Shown piece after piece: positions 21,186-30,599 of a stretch of 64,000 bases of DNA. The notes beneath the pieces were generated by a model, which saw only the letters and a list, made by a program, of their open reading frames with translations, had not been told where the DNA came from and searched no databases. Location: positions 16,167-80,166 of the forward strand of contig CAZNAA010000001.1 of assembly GCA_964571255.1 (NCBI GenBank), written 5' to 3'. The position numbers were made by a program, and so were the translations under genes. The DNA comes from an uncultured Gammaproteobacteria bacterium. Lineage in GTDB: Bacteria; Patescibacteriota; Microgenomatia; Levybacterales; UBA12049. Numbering within the stretch: the stretch's first letter is position 1; each line of letters begins with the position of its first letter.

Positions 21186-22409
21186 TTAGATTTTCTGCAT
21201 TCTTGCAGCAAGTCCTGGAGGGGTATAGTAACCTGTTAAAAGGACATTATTTATAGCTCTTTGATTCTCATTATAGAAAATACCTCTTTGTTGTAACTTG
21301 TCTATTTCTCGTTGAACGACAGTGGATGTATATGGAAGCTCTTCTAATAGATGAGGATGAGGAGTCCCATCTATTACATTTGAACTAAAAACATTATATT
21401 CTTCATTCTCAGCACCTCTGACTAAAGCAAACTGTGCAAGATATTCCAAAACGGTAGCTCTTTTTTGGGGATCCAAGAGTGCATCAGTATCAGCAGTAAA
21501 AGTAAGAAGACTGAGGCGTGAGAACCATATTGCATATTGCACGTTAATCCACCATGCTACCGCTTCTTGCTGATTCTTTTCTGATGTGAGAGTCTCTACT
21601 GCCTGGCTTTCAAAAAAACTCGCAATGGATTCTTGAGTAGCTCTAATAGTTGGATCTTGTCTTTGGAAAAGAGGGTGGAGAGTTCTTGTAGATGTAGTCT
21701 TAACATGCTGTCTCCAATGTGCTCCTTCATGCCCTATATGAATAGCAAGACTAGGAATATGCACATCAACTTCTCGTCCGTGTTGCCTTAAGGTTTCAAT
21801 AGTAGAAATTCCTATTGATTCTTCCTGAGAATTAAATACGCTACGTGGGTTTGATGGGTAAAAAGGAGCAGTTCTCCATGTAGCTCTATTGGTATCTGGG
21901 AAAAGTACTGGGCCTATTTCACCAGCGTAATATCGTACTCCTTTCATAAGTACATTTCTTGCTTTTTTGATTAAACGTGGATGAGTAGAAGAAAAAGGAT
22001 CCCAACAATCATTGCGATAATAGGAGACTAAATCTCTTCTTGCCGCTTGGGCTTCGGTTTTTCCATATTGAAGACAATCTGCAAAGTATTTTTTGTCATC
22101 ATCTGTGATCCCAAAGAGTTGGTAATATTCTGTTCCTCTTGGGATTTCTTCGTCTTGAAGAGAAATGTCACTTGCGTTGGCAATGAGTCTTCGACCTGCT
22201 TCACGTACCTGAGGATCGTTACTGTCTAGCATTTCTTCACCAGAATAGAGCATTTTTAAGCCTAATTCTTCAAGTTGTTCAGAGAAATCAGATATTGGGC
22301 CAGGGAATGTATCTATAAGACGTTCTAACTCGTCTTTTGTACTTATGTGGGAAAGTGCTAGTTCAATTTGTGACATGGTGGCTATTATAGCATTCATGGA
22401 AAAAGTCAT
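21186..22409 (-). CDS. Hypothetical cytoplasmic protein with HEXXH zinc-metallopeptidase-like motif
   Basis: HIGHEGAHWRQH contains HEGAH. No signal peptide. Rich in R/Q/G. Confidence 0.4.
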   Translation of the reverse strand: MTFSMNAIIATMSQIELALSHISTKDELERLIDTFPGPISDFSEQLEELGLKMLYSGEEMLDSNDPQVREAGRRLIANASDISLQDEEIPRGTEYYQLFGITDDDKKYFADCLQYGKTEAQAARRDLVSYYRNDCWDPFSSTHPRLIKKARNVLMKGVRYYAGEIGPVLFPDTNRATWRTAPFYPSNPRSVFNSQEESIGISTIETLRQHGREVDVHIPSLAIHIGHEGAHWRQHVKTTSTRTLHPLFQRQDPTIRATQESIASFFESQAVETLTSEKNQQEAVAWWINVQYAIWFSRLSLLTFTADTDALLDPQKRATVLEYLAQFALVRGAENEEYNVFSSNVIDGTPHPHLLEELPYTSTVVQREIDKLQQRGIFYNENQRAINNVLLTGYYTPPGLAARMQKI

Positions 22410-22463
22410 ATAAGAGTCTCATAGTATTTGACAATAGTCATAAAATGTCCTATAATAATGTGA

Positions 22464-23597
22464 ATGGAAGGATTTAGCTATAATCCGAATAAACTACAAC
22501 TTATAGGCAGAGATAGAAAAGTTCTCTATGCCTCTCCTCTTGTCCCCAAAAATTTTGATCGAATTTCACCCCAAATACATAAACCTCCTTCTCATGAAAA
22601 AGTTAGCAGGATTGGAGTGGAACATATAGGAGCTGAACTTCATGGAGCAGTTGGTAGTATTGCAGACGGAAGAAAACTTGCTGCACGAGAGAGACTAGAT
22701 GCACTCCATACCTCTCGATGGAGAGATAGTTATGGAGGAGGAGTGGCAACAGTTACTCGTCTTATGTTCTTAGCTGCAACTGAAATGGTGGAGAGAGTTC
22801 GAGAAGGAAGAGGAGGAATAGAACTTTTTTCTGAACAAAAAGCAATGGCTTCATCTAAAGCTAGGGAAGAAACAAGAGAGGCTTTAGTGGCTGAGGAAGG
22901 ATCGGTTGAATCTCTTATTAGAAATCCCCTTGATTTAGGAGAGAGTCCACGTGTTCCTTTGACTTATCAAGCCATACGAGAAGAAGACAGTAGTCCATTC
23001 TCTTCTGCTGAGACCATAGTATATGGAATACAAGCCATTCCTGACTTATTAGGGTTTCTTCCGAAGAGTAAAGTTGCCCAAAGTCTTATTCAACAACTTC
23101 GTCAGTTAATGTATCAAGATAATAATGGAACAAGAAGGTATTTGTTAAATCCAGAATTACTTCAAGTGAATCAAAACCTTCTTAAGAAAGTACTGGATGC
23201 TATCTTAGCCAGAGAATTAGAAGTGCTTGTATTTGAAATGAAAACCTGTCCGACATATGGTAAATCAGTAACAGAAAAGAGTGAAGACTGGCTCTATATG
23301 AAATATAATGAAGACATATCTCATACGGTATTAGCACTCCTTCAAATCTTCCAAGCAGCAAATCCAGATGCATTTGAAGATCCCAGGATACTCCTTCGTC
23401 TTCTCAGAGGAGTAACGGTTCAACTCGGCCTTATCGATTTTCCTGCAATTCAACAGTTTGGAGAACCGATTGTTCCAACTGCAGGATCTATCAAAACTCG
23501 TCTTGTTACAATTTCCAGTAGAAAGGTGAGAAAGGCCTGTGAGAGAAGATTACGGCTCAATAAAATCCATTTAACAAAAACACTCACTCACCAATAA
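22464..23597 (+). CDS. Hypothetical protein
   Basis: 377-aa ORF with no recognisable motif, divergently transcribed from the HEXXH protein. Confidence 0.35.
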   Translation: MEGFSYNPNKLQLIGRDRKVLYASPLVPKNFDRISPQIHKPPSHEKVSRIGVEHIGAELHGAVGSIADGRKLAARERLDALHTSRWRDSYGGGVATVTRLMFLAATEMVERVREGRGGIELFSEQKAMASSKAREETREALVAEEGSVESLIRNPLDLGESPRVPLTYQAIREEDSSPFSSAETIVYGIQAIPDLLGFLPKSKVAQSLIQQLRQLMYQDNNGTRRYLLNPELLQVNQNLLKKVLDAILARELEVLVFEMKTCPTYGKSVTEKSEDWLYMKYNEDISHTVLALLQIFQAANPDAFEDPRILLRLLRGVTVQLGLIDFPAIQQFGEPIVPTAGSIKTRLVTISSRKVRKACERRLRLNKIHLTKTLTHQ

Positions 23598-23652
23598 AAT
23601 AGTTTTTTGATTAGTTTCTACCTTAACTATTCGTAGTATATTTAAAAATTGT

Positions 23653-24324
23653 TTATTTCAAGATAATATGAATTCTTGATTGAACTAAATTTGCAATATC
23701 TCTGAGTTGAGTTTTCATTTGTACTTGATACACTTTTTCTCCTTTATCATAAACTAATGAGGAGGAAGAAAGATAAGAAGTAGAGTTCTCCTTCATTGTC
23801 ACTTCAGAACTCCAAACAGGATGTTGATCTGTATTATTATATAGCCTTGCAGAGACAATTTGGTTTCCTGTAGGAACATAAATAGATGCTTCGAAACGAA
23901 TTTCTTTGATTGTTTGATATTTTCCAAAATCAATTGCTGCTTGAACACCTGGAATGTCTGTCCATTCAGGATTTTGACTACTCCCAGATCCAAGGGGAAT
24001 AAAGTAATCTTTTACCAAAGGACTTTGAGAAGAAGAGGTTTGTATTTTAGAAGGAGTTGGAGTAGGAGTAAGTGAAACTAAAGGTGATGGTACTGCCGTT
24101 GGACTAATAAAAGGTGAAGGAGATTGTTTTTGTGTAGTAGTTTCAATAGAATTCTGTTTCTGGTGAAGAAGGATATTTAAGTAAACAACGTTTCCTAGAA
24201 GGAAAAGAATAATAATTCCTTGAGCGAAAAAGATCTTTTTCGCTCTATTCTCATCGTTTTGAAGAGTTGTTTGTAGAAAACGGAGTCGTAAATCATTTAA
24301 CATTGACTCTAGCGTATAAAACAA
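23653..24324 (-). CDS. Hypothetical membrane-anchored secreted protein
   Basis: N-terminal TM followed by a S/T/P-rich linker. Confidence 0.35.
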   Translation of the reverse strand: MFYTLESMLNDLRLRFLQTTLQNDENRAKKIFFAQGIIILFLLGNVVYLNILLHQKQNSIETTTQKQSPSPFISPTAVPSPLVSLTPTPTPSKIQTSSSQSPLVKDYFIPLGSGSSQNPEWTDIPGVQAAIDFGKYQTIKEIRFEASIYVPTGNQIVSARLYNNTDQHPVWSSEVTMKENSTSYLSSSSLVYDKGEKVYQVQMKTQLRDIANLVQSRIHIILK

Positions 24325-24479
24325 AGGAAGAAAAGTAAAGGTTTTATACGTACGTTTAATAAGTCATTTGATACAGTAATTTTGATTATGTGGTTAAAAG
24401 AGTTTTTATTGTTCATGGCATAAAGTCGAGAATTATTTCGTAGTTGAAATATAACAATTTTTACAACTTGAAAGTAGCG

Positions 24480-25175
24480 TTAATCGATGAATTGGAGAGT
24501 ATTAACTATTTTTTCAATATCAGTTATTTCGCTTTCCCAGGAGCTTATTTCTATAAGGGTACCATTTTTATCTATAATTGTTCCTTTTGTATAACTTTTT
24601 TCAGTTTGGTTACCAGAGACATCATATGTAAAATCCACAGCCTTAAAATCGCCAATCACTCTATTTCTCACCTTTGTAAATATCGCATCTAATGAATGTT
24701 GCTCTTCGGGTATTACAGAATTGTTAGAAGTGGAATATATTTTTTCAAAGTTTTTATTGCTTTGATTAACAGAAATTCTGACTTTTATGTTTGATGAAGT
24801 AATATCTTTCTGTTCTATATTCTGGTCAATTAAATCTGCAGCAAAATCACCATTTGAAGATACTTTTAAAGCAGAAGGATAATTTAATCTAAATTTATAC
24901 ATCTTATTAGTATATGTTTTCCAATCAGAATTAGTGGATGGTGATGGTTCAGAAGTTATGATGGGAGTAGGATTGGATTGTTGAGCATATTGATTTATTC
25001 GGGTAGAATTATTTTTTTGTGTATCCATATAATAAGCTCCTCCACCCACAACGAGGAGTAGTACAATTACTCCTAAAATATTTAGAGAATTACCTCTTGG
25101 ATTATGAACAGGATGTTGGACGGTTTGGTTAGGAGTTTCGGCAGGATTTACTGATTGATTTGGACTATGCTCCAT
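24480..25175 (-). CDS. Hypothetical membrane-anchored protein
   Basis: N-terminal TM (ILGVIVLLLVVGGGAYY) followed by an extracytoplasmic domain. Confidence 0.35.
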   Translation of the reverse strand: MEHSPNQSVNPAETPNQTVQHPVHNPRGNSLNILGVIVLLLVVGGGAYYMDTQKNNSTRINQYAQQSNPTPIITSEPSPSTNSDWKTYTNKMYKFRLNYPSALKVSSNGDFAADLIDQNIEQKDITSSNIKVRISVNQSNKNFEKIYSTSNNSVIPEEQHSLDAIFTKVRNRVIGDFKAVDFTYDVSGNQTEKSYTKGTIIDKNGTLIEISSWESEITDIEKIVNTLQFID

Positions 25176-25217
25176 AAAATTAATATTTCAGAACGATGAT
25201 TGTTCATTGAAGATATG

Positions 25218-25289
25218 CAGGGGTAGAGGGATTCGAACCCCCAGGCTCCGCTTTGGAGGCGGATCGTTTAGCCATTAACGGATACCCCT
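25218..25289 (-). tRNA. tRNA-Trp (anticodon CCA)
   Basis: Manual fold: acceptor AGGGGTA/TACCCCT, D stem CGTT/AACG, anticodon stem TCCGC/GCGGA with loop CTCCAAA, T arm GGGGG-TTCGAAT-CCCTC, discriminator G. Confidence 0.8.
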
Positions 25290-25940
25290 GTACGGGACGT
25301 AAAAGCATTATATATAGCTTCCAGTTCTTTTGCAATTTTATGATCATAATAACAAATTGCCACACATCCTTGATAGTTCTTTTTAGTTCGTTTCATGGTA
25401 TGTGACTTATGATAACTGTTATGAAACTGAGACAAGGGGATATTTGTGACTTTGGACCAAAATTCTTTTTGTATTTTGTCATTATGGTAGTCATGTATAT
25501 GGACTAGCGCTCGAAATTTAGATTCATCAATTTTAAAACTTTTTCTTAAAAGAAAAAGAAAGTTGTGAACTAAGGTTGAATCAGAATTTGTAAAACGAAT
25601 ATATGTAGTTATTTTATTTCCCTCGCACCACCATATAAGTGCACAAGATAATTTAGTTAAATTCCTAGAAAGAGTAATCTCTTTAATTAGCTTAGTTGCT
25701 AACGTTTTACTAATCTCTTTTTCTTGATTTTTCTTAGTTAACTTAAGCTGAACAGTTTTCTTGTCCTGATCTTTCTCTATCTTGTAATCGTTGGAGTGCT
25801 TTACTGTTAAGCTTTATTCCTGAAAGCCATACTGAAGCAGTACTTTTTGCAATGAGTAGTATCTTTGCTATTTCCTCAAGTGAATAACCCTTTTCTCGAA
25901 GTGATATAGCTTGGGTTTTCTTATTTTCACTGTAAGACAT
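25268..25940 (-). pseudogene. Decayed HTH + LAGLIDADG-like endonuclease gene (two frames), 3' end running into tRNA-Trp
   Basis: A 65-aa HTH ORF (SLREKGYSLEEIAKIL...VWLSGIKLN) is followed, after a frame break, by about 155 aa (LSCALIWWCEGNKITTYIRFTNSDSTLVHNFLFLLRKSF...). The second part is homologous to the intact gene at 27069-27722. Confidence 0.45.
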
Positions 25941-26027
25941 TATATAATCTACTATTAGCGTACGATTATTTCTGCATAAAGTCTATAATAAAAAATAGTT
26001 TAAGTTTGAAGTCTAAAGAAAGAGTTA

Positions 26028-26342
26028 TTAGTGGAGGAAGTCTTTAGAAGGCCTTGGAAGTCGTACAGGACATTCGTCTACTTGGATCCATTTTTTGGGA
26101 ACTTCACAGGAAGAAGAGAATGATTGGCATTTTCCATTTTTTGGATTTTTTGCATAAGTAATTTCTGCAAGACATACAGGAATTGGTGTAGGGGTGGGAG
26201 TGTTCTTAATAGGTCTAATTTTATACACAGGTTTTTCAATAATAGTGAGTCCTGCATGTTCTACTGCAAATACATGGGAAGAAACAATAAAAGATAGGGA
26301 AAAGAGGAGGGACAGAGTAACTACTGACTTAATAATACTCAT
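26028..26342 (-). CDS. Small secreted protein (signal peptide), unknown function
   Basis: Likely start at the internal Met (MSIIKSVVTLSLLFSL...VFA). Its ATG overlaps the L33 stop as ATGA. Confidence 0.4.
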   Translation of the reverse strand: MSIIKSVVTLSLLFSLSFIVSSHVFAVEHAGLTIIEKPVYKIRPIKNTPTPTPIPVCLAEITYAKNPKNGKCQSFSSSCEVPKKWIQVDECPVRLPRPSKDFLH

Positions 26343-26518
26343 TATTTTAACTTTTCTGTCTCTTTGTGTTCGGTAATCTTTCTGCACTTATTGCAGTACT
26401 TTTTCAAAAGAAGTTTTTCAGGAGTTTCCATTTTGTTTTTTTGAGTAACATAATTTCTATGTTTACACACAGAACAGGTTAACCCAATAGTAATACGGTG
26501 ATCGCCCTTTTTTGCCAT
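26342..26518 (-). CDS. rpmG: 50S ribosomal protein L33
   Basis: 58 aa, below the ORF-track cutoff. Manual translation gives MAKKGDHRITIGLTCSVCKHRNYVTQKNKMETPEKLLLKKYCNKCRKITEHKETEKLK, the typical L33 Cys4 motif. Confidence 0.8.
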   Translation of the reverse strand: MAKKGDHRITIGLTCSVCKHRNYVTQKNKMETPEKLLLKKYCNKCRKITEHKETEKLK

Positions 26519-26688
26519 AGGGGTATTATACCTAAATCTATGGGTTCTATCAACTCTCTTTTTATTTGACAGAAAAAGGAGGGTGAGTAAAGATAAAAGA
26601 GATGAATAAATGAAGGATTGGACTAACTCTTTTATATCTTGCCTTTCTCCTAGCTGCTATTGGAGGAGTAGGGCAACTTCTAACGAAT

Positions 26689-27003
26689 TTGCCTGCCATT
26701 AGAGAACATTTTAGCTATGAAGTAGAGCAGTATTGGTTTAATAGACTCACGGCAAGTCTTATTTTAGGAAGTACCGGATTATTTTTTGGTGTACTGATAA
26801 AAGGAATAGGGATATATTTTCTTCGGGAAAAAGAATTATTTACTGCTGGGAAGATTATTCTTTTGGCAAGTATCTTGCCTCACATAGTAAGTTTTATTAC
26901 ACTTCCCATTCTTACTCCAACTGATTGGTCTCATATGATCACTCACGGAGTAATTATTCTTTTTATTCCTCTGGGGGTCTATTTAGTTCAAAAAAAAGGA
27001 TGA
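26689..27003 (+). CDS. Small membrane protein (3 predicted TM), hypothetical
   Basis: Three hydrophobic helices. Stop codon overlaps the 3' end of the opposite-strand tRNA-Thr. Confidence 0.35.
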   Translation: MPAIREHFSYEVEQYWFNRLTASLILGSTGLFFGVLIKGIGIYFLREKELFTAGKIILLASILPHIVSFITLPILTPTDWSHMITHGVIILFIPLGVYLVQKKG

Positions 27004-27074
27004 GCCTAGAGCGAGAATCGGACTCGCGACTTCTTCCTTACCATGGAAGCGTTCTGCCACTGAACTACCTAGGC
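27003..27074 (-). tRNA. tRNA-Thr (anticodon GGT)
   Basis: Manual fold: acceptor GCCTAGG/TCTAGGC, D stem GTTC/GAAC, anticodon stem CTTCC/GGAAG with loop ATGGTAA, T arm GCGAG-TCCGATT-CTCGC. Confidence 0.8.
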
Positions 27075-27722
27075 AACAGAAATATTTTCTATTTCTTTCA
27101 TAATCCAACTCTTTAGTTTCATATTACTTGCTGTAATTGTGCACACACCAAATTCTGATTTTCTTTTATATGTTCCTTTTCCTTGAGTTGGAATCTGGAC
27201 TATTTTACCAAATTTCTCAGGGAAAACCGATAGCTGATTTGACCAATAGGTTTTTACCTTATTAATATTACTATCGTTGAAACATATAATGCTATAACTA
27301 ATCTTTCTTTCTTCAAGCTGACAAATATCCCGAAGGAACTTTCTGAATGTTTTTATTAACTTAGAGTCTGTATTAGCTACTCTAACATAGTGTTTAGATA
27401 CCTTTTCACCTTCTCCCCAATAAATACCAAGTCCAATACCAAATAATTTGCTTTCCTCTAAAGAAAGGGTAGTTTTGATTTTGAATGGGTCTCCGGTTGG
27501 ATTTGCTTGTATATACGCTGCATCTGACCTCGAACGTCGGGCAATTTGGTATTTTTGCATCCAGTAGGTAATTTTATGCTCGGAGCAATTAAGTTTTTGA
27601 GATAAACTTCTCATGGATAACCCAGATAGATATAATTGTTCAAGTTCTGTCTTTGAAGGAGAGTTAGATGGAATTATAGGCATACCTATTTCTATGATAG
27701 GTATAGTTCCATTTGTTGTCAA
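27069..27722 (-). CDS. Free-standing HTH + LAGLIDADG-like homing endonuclease inserted in the tRNA operon
   Basis: N-terminal HTH (LEQLYLSGLSMRSLSQKLNCSEHKITYWMQKY) and a motif GIGLGIYWGEGEK resembling LAGLIDADG. The 3' end overlaps the tRNA-Thr 5' end by about 6 nt. Confidence 0.55.
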   Translation of the reverse strand: MTTNGTIPIIEIGMPIIPSNSPSKTELEQLYLSGLSMRSLSQKLNCSEHKITYWMQKYQIARRSRSDAAYIQANPTGDPFKIKTTLSLEESKLFGIGLGIYWGEGEKVSKHYVRVANTDSKLIKTFRKFLRDICQLEERKISYSIICFNDSNINKVKTYWSNQLSVFPEKFGKIVQIPTQGKGTYKRKSEFGVCTITASNMKLKSWIMKEIENISVA

Positions 27723-27731
27723 AAGGGTTGT

Positions 27732-27816
27732 GCTGGATGAAGGATTTGCACCTCCGTAGTCCTTTCGGACGCTTGATCTACAGTCAAGTGCGATTGACTA
27801 CTCCGCCAATCCAGCA
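27732..27816 (-). tRNA. tRNA-Tyr (anticodon GTA), long variable arm
   Basis: Manual fold: acceptor GCTGGAT/ATCCAGC, anticodon stem CTTGA/TCAAG with loop CTGTAGA, 16-nt variable arm, T arm GGAGG-TGCAAAT-CCTTC. Confidence 0.75.
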
Positions 27817-27837
27817 AGGTTAAACGATATGTAAGGG

Positions 27838-27909
27838 AGCCGACTGTCGGGATTGAACCGACGACCTGATGTTTACAAAACAACTGCTCTACCGCTGAGC
27901 TAAGTCGGC
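27838..27909 (-). tRNA. tRNA-Thr (anticodon TGT)
   Basis: Manual fold: acceptor GCCGACT/AGTCGGC, D stem GCTC/GAGC, anticodon loop TTTGTAA (stem has one U-U mismatch), T arm GTCGG-TTCAATC-CCGAC. Confidence 0.65.
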
Positions 27910-28212
27910 ACTGTATGAGATATTATACTCAAATACCCATAAAAAAACCATACAGAATTGTATGGTTTGATAAATAATACTCCTTGATATCGATTCCGCT
28001 GAACTTTTCCCTAAGGTTGTGTAAACAGGAAGGCTCGATCTTTTACCTCGGTAAAAGAAAATGCACCTCGTGATCAAGCTTTGCTTGATTACCTCAGAAA
28101 AATAGACGTAGAGAAAAATAAATCAGCGTCCTCGGTTATCAAAGAGCAGCTAAAGTATACGACTGGGAAGGTAGGGAGTCAAGTGATATAGTAGTCTCTC
28201 GGGAAAATGACG

Positions 28213-28863
28213 TTAAAATCCTAAAAAGCCTAAAGCGTAGCGATTAAGAGTCATAAATGTTCCACTAAAAGAGGGAGAAAGAAGAAAGAAAATAAGAATA
28301 ATTGATCCAAAAGCTCCAATGGATAGATAGATTCGAGAATAAGGCTCAGGGAGGATAAGAGAGAACACTTTTGATCCGTCCAGTGGAGGAATAGGCAAAA
28401 GATTAAAAATCGCAAGGAGAATATTCAACTTCACAACCGTTTCTAAAAAGAAAAGAGTAATGACTCCAAATAGTCCCACTCCGACTCCTGTTAACGAGAG
28501 TAAATGATAGAGTCCTGCAGCGATAATAGACAGTGCTACGTTAGTTAGAGGTCCACTGAGGGCAACGAGTGCCATGTCTTTTTTTCCGTCCCGAAGATTC
28601 ATCTCATCAACTGGAACTGGTTTTGCTCCACCAAAAATAATGGGAGAACCAGTGACGATGAGAAGCAAAGGAAGAATAATACTCATAATTGGATCAATAT
28701 GAGGAATAGGATTTAGGGTAAGTCTTCCCAAGAGTCTTGCAGTGGGATCACCTAACTTCTCTGCCACAAATCCATGAGCTACTTCATGCAAAATAGCTGA
28801 GAAAAGAAGAACGAAAAGGGAGATACCGATACCTAAAATGGAAAAAAGTGCTAGATCTTGCAT
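28213..28863 (-). CDS. Site-2 protease family (peptidase M50) zinc metalloprotease
   Basis: LHEVAHGFVA (HExxH) inside a TM helix. Multiple TM segments and an LDG-like motif (PPLDGSK). Confidence 0.7.
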   Translation of the reverse strand: MQDLALFSILGIGISLFVLLFSAILHEVAHGFVAEKLGDPTARLLGRLTLNPIPHIDPIMSIILPLLLIVTGSPIIFGGAKPVPVDEMNLRDGKKDMALVALSGPLTNVALSIIAAGLYHLLSLTGVGVGLFGVITLFFLETVVKLNILLAIFNLLPIPPLDGSKVFSLILPEPYSRIYLSIGAFGSIILIFFLLSPSFSGTFMTLNRYALGFLGF

Positions 28864-28920
28864 AAACTATTTGTATTTATGGATAGTTTTTAGTATACTT
28901 TACAAACTGAGGTTTTGTCT

Positions 28921-29160
28921 ATGGCAATGCGATGTGATTTTTGTTTAAAAGGAGTTATGTATGGACACAATGTCTCTCATTCAAAGAGACGTACTAATCG
29001 TGTCTTCAAACCAAACTTGCACCCTTCCAGGGTTGTGGTTGGTTCAACCATGAAAAAAGTTAAACTTTGTACCAAGTGTCTTCGTTCTTACAAGAAAATG
29101 CAGCAAGTAGCAAAAGAGCTGCAAATTGCGACAGAAACAGTTGCTCAAGTAACTGCTTAA
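28921..29160 (+). CDS. rpmB: 50S ribosomal protein L28
   Basis: CDFCLKGVMYGHNVSHSKRRTNRVFKPNLHPSRV matches the L28 core. The ATG at 28921 is preferred over the TTG start used by the ORF track. Confidence 0.65.
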   Translation: MAMRCDFCLKGVMYGHNVSHSKRRTNRVFKPNLHPSRVVVGSTMKKVKLCTKCLRSYKKMQQVAKELQIATETVAQVTA

Positions 29161-30014
29161 ATCTCTACATACTTTTCTATCTCTTCACGTAATTTTGGAT
29201 ACCCATTTAAGAATTCTTTAATCGATACGACACTTTTTCCCTCAACTTGAATCTTTTTTTCAGGAAGAAACTTTACCCGGTACTCTTTTCCATCAGGAAA
29301 CAGTAATGTTGTCCAAGCAACAGGCCAAGGATAATATGCTCGAATCATTCGGTCTATATGTTCTTTCTCAGGAAGATGGAGTGGATTAATAAAAGCATCT
29401 TCTTTGGTCACTAGTTTGCAATACGTTGCCCTTTCATGTAATTGCTCAGTTCCTTTCCTTTTCCCACTAGCATATCCTCTGATGACTTCAGGTAACATAC
29501 CAGCTGCTTTTTGGAAAAGAGACGAGTGAAGGGAATCTAATGTGTCTGTAGGGAATAGTTGGACAGTAACTTGTTCAAGGATTGGCCCATGATCCATTTT
29601 TTCATCCATCTCAATAAGTGTTACTCCTGTCTCTTTCTCTCCTGCAAGAAGAACTGCTTGAATAGGGGATGGGCCTCTAAATTTTGGAAGAAGAGAGGGA
29701 TGAATATTTATTGATCCAAAGCGGGGAATATCCAAAACAGATTGGGGAATAATTTTCCCGTAGGCTGCAACGATAAAGAGATCAGGCTTAAATGCTTTTA
29801 ATGTTTCAATGGTTTGCTCATCTAGTTTCTTAGGTTGCAAAACAGGAATTCCCATTTGGTCTCCAAGTATTTTGACAGGAGGGGGAGTAAGTGTTTTTTT
29901 TCTGCCAGATTCAACATCAGGAGTAGTAACGAGTGCTACGAGTGAAAAATTCTCAACAAGAGTGGAAATCACTGGAGAAACAAATTCAGGAGTTCCAAAG
30001 AAAATAATATTCAT
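29157..30014 (-). CDS. fmt: Methionyl-tRNA formyltransferase
   Basis: MNIIFFGTPEF N-terminus and HPSLLPKFRGPSPIQ motif. Adjacent to def. Confidence 0.85.
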   Translation of the reverse strand: MNIIFFGTPEFVSPVISTLVENFSLVALVTTPDVESGRKKTLTPPPVKILGDQMGIPVLQPKKLDEQTIETLKAFKPDLFIVAAYGKIIPQSVLDIPRFGSINIHPSLLPKFRGPSPIQAVLLAGEKETGVTLIEMDEKMDHGPILEQVTVQLFPTDTLDSLHSSLFQKAAGMLPEVIRGYASGKRKGTEQLHERATYCKLVTKEDAFINPLHLPEKEHIDRMIRAYYPWPVAWTTLLFPDGKEYRVKFLPEKKIQVEGKSVVSIKEFLNGYPKLREEIEKYVEI

Positions 30015-30016
30015 TG

Positions 30017-30574
30017 TTATAATTTTATCTCATCAAAAATCATTTCACCTTTTTTGTCTTTTCTGGATTTATACAGTTTTCCTTCCTGCTCCAACACTCG
30101 TTTTGGGAAAAGGATTCCTTGAATATGATCATATTCATGCTGAATAATGGTAGCAAAAAATCCTGAGAAGGTTTTGTCATGAGATTTTCCCTTCTCGTCT
30201 TGATAGGTAAGGTGTACTTTTTCGTATCGTGTCACAATTCCCCAAATGTCTTTAAGAGAAAGACAACCTTCCAGTTTTACATCATCTGTTGACTCGTCTG
30301 ATACCTCTTTATTTATTTTTGGTAATTCTCCAATAGTCATGAGTACGGGGTTAATAAAGGCGTGTACTTTTGATTTAGGACTTTCTTTAATGATAAACAG
30401 TTGTAGAGATCTTCCAACTTGTGGCGCTGCAAGTCCAATACCTTCTGGATCCTTTGCTTTCTCAAGCGTTTTTACCATGTCATCAATAAGCTCTTGAAGT
30501 TTGGTATCAAATTTTTCAACCCTTTTTGCCTTAGCTGAGAGGACATCTTGTGGTGCTTGAACAATTTGCATCAT
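30017..30574 (-). CDS. def: Peptide deformylase
   Basis: GIGLAAPQVG, EGCLS and HEYDHIQG: the three PDF motifs. Confidence 0.88.
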   Translation of the reverse strand: MMQIVQAPQDVLSAKAKRVEKFDTKLQELIDDMVKTLEKAKDPEGIGLAAPQVGRSLQLFIIKESPKSKVHAFINPVLMTIGELPKINKEVSDESTDDVKLEGCLSLKDIWGIVTRYEKVHLTYQDEKGKSHDKTFSGFFATIIQHEYDHIQGILFPKRVLEQEGKLYKSRKDKKGEMIFDEIKL

Positions 30575-30599
30575 AAATCAATTGAAAGAGTATATCACA

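Noticed and set aside
25290-25940. Possible IS630-type transposase, suggested by the HTH-bearing ORF
   Set aside because: The downstream frame aligns with the LAGLIDADG-like gene at 27069-27722 rather than with a DDE transposase. No inverted repeats were seen. It is reinterpreted as a decayed endonuclease paralog.
27889-28077. 62-aa minus-strand ORF
   Set aside because: It overlaps tRNA-Thr(TGT) and an AT-rich spacer and has no protein-like features.
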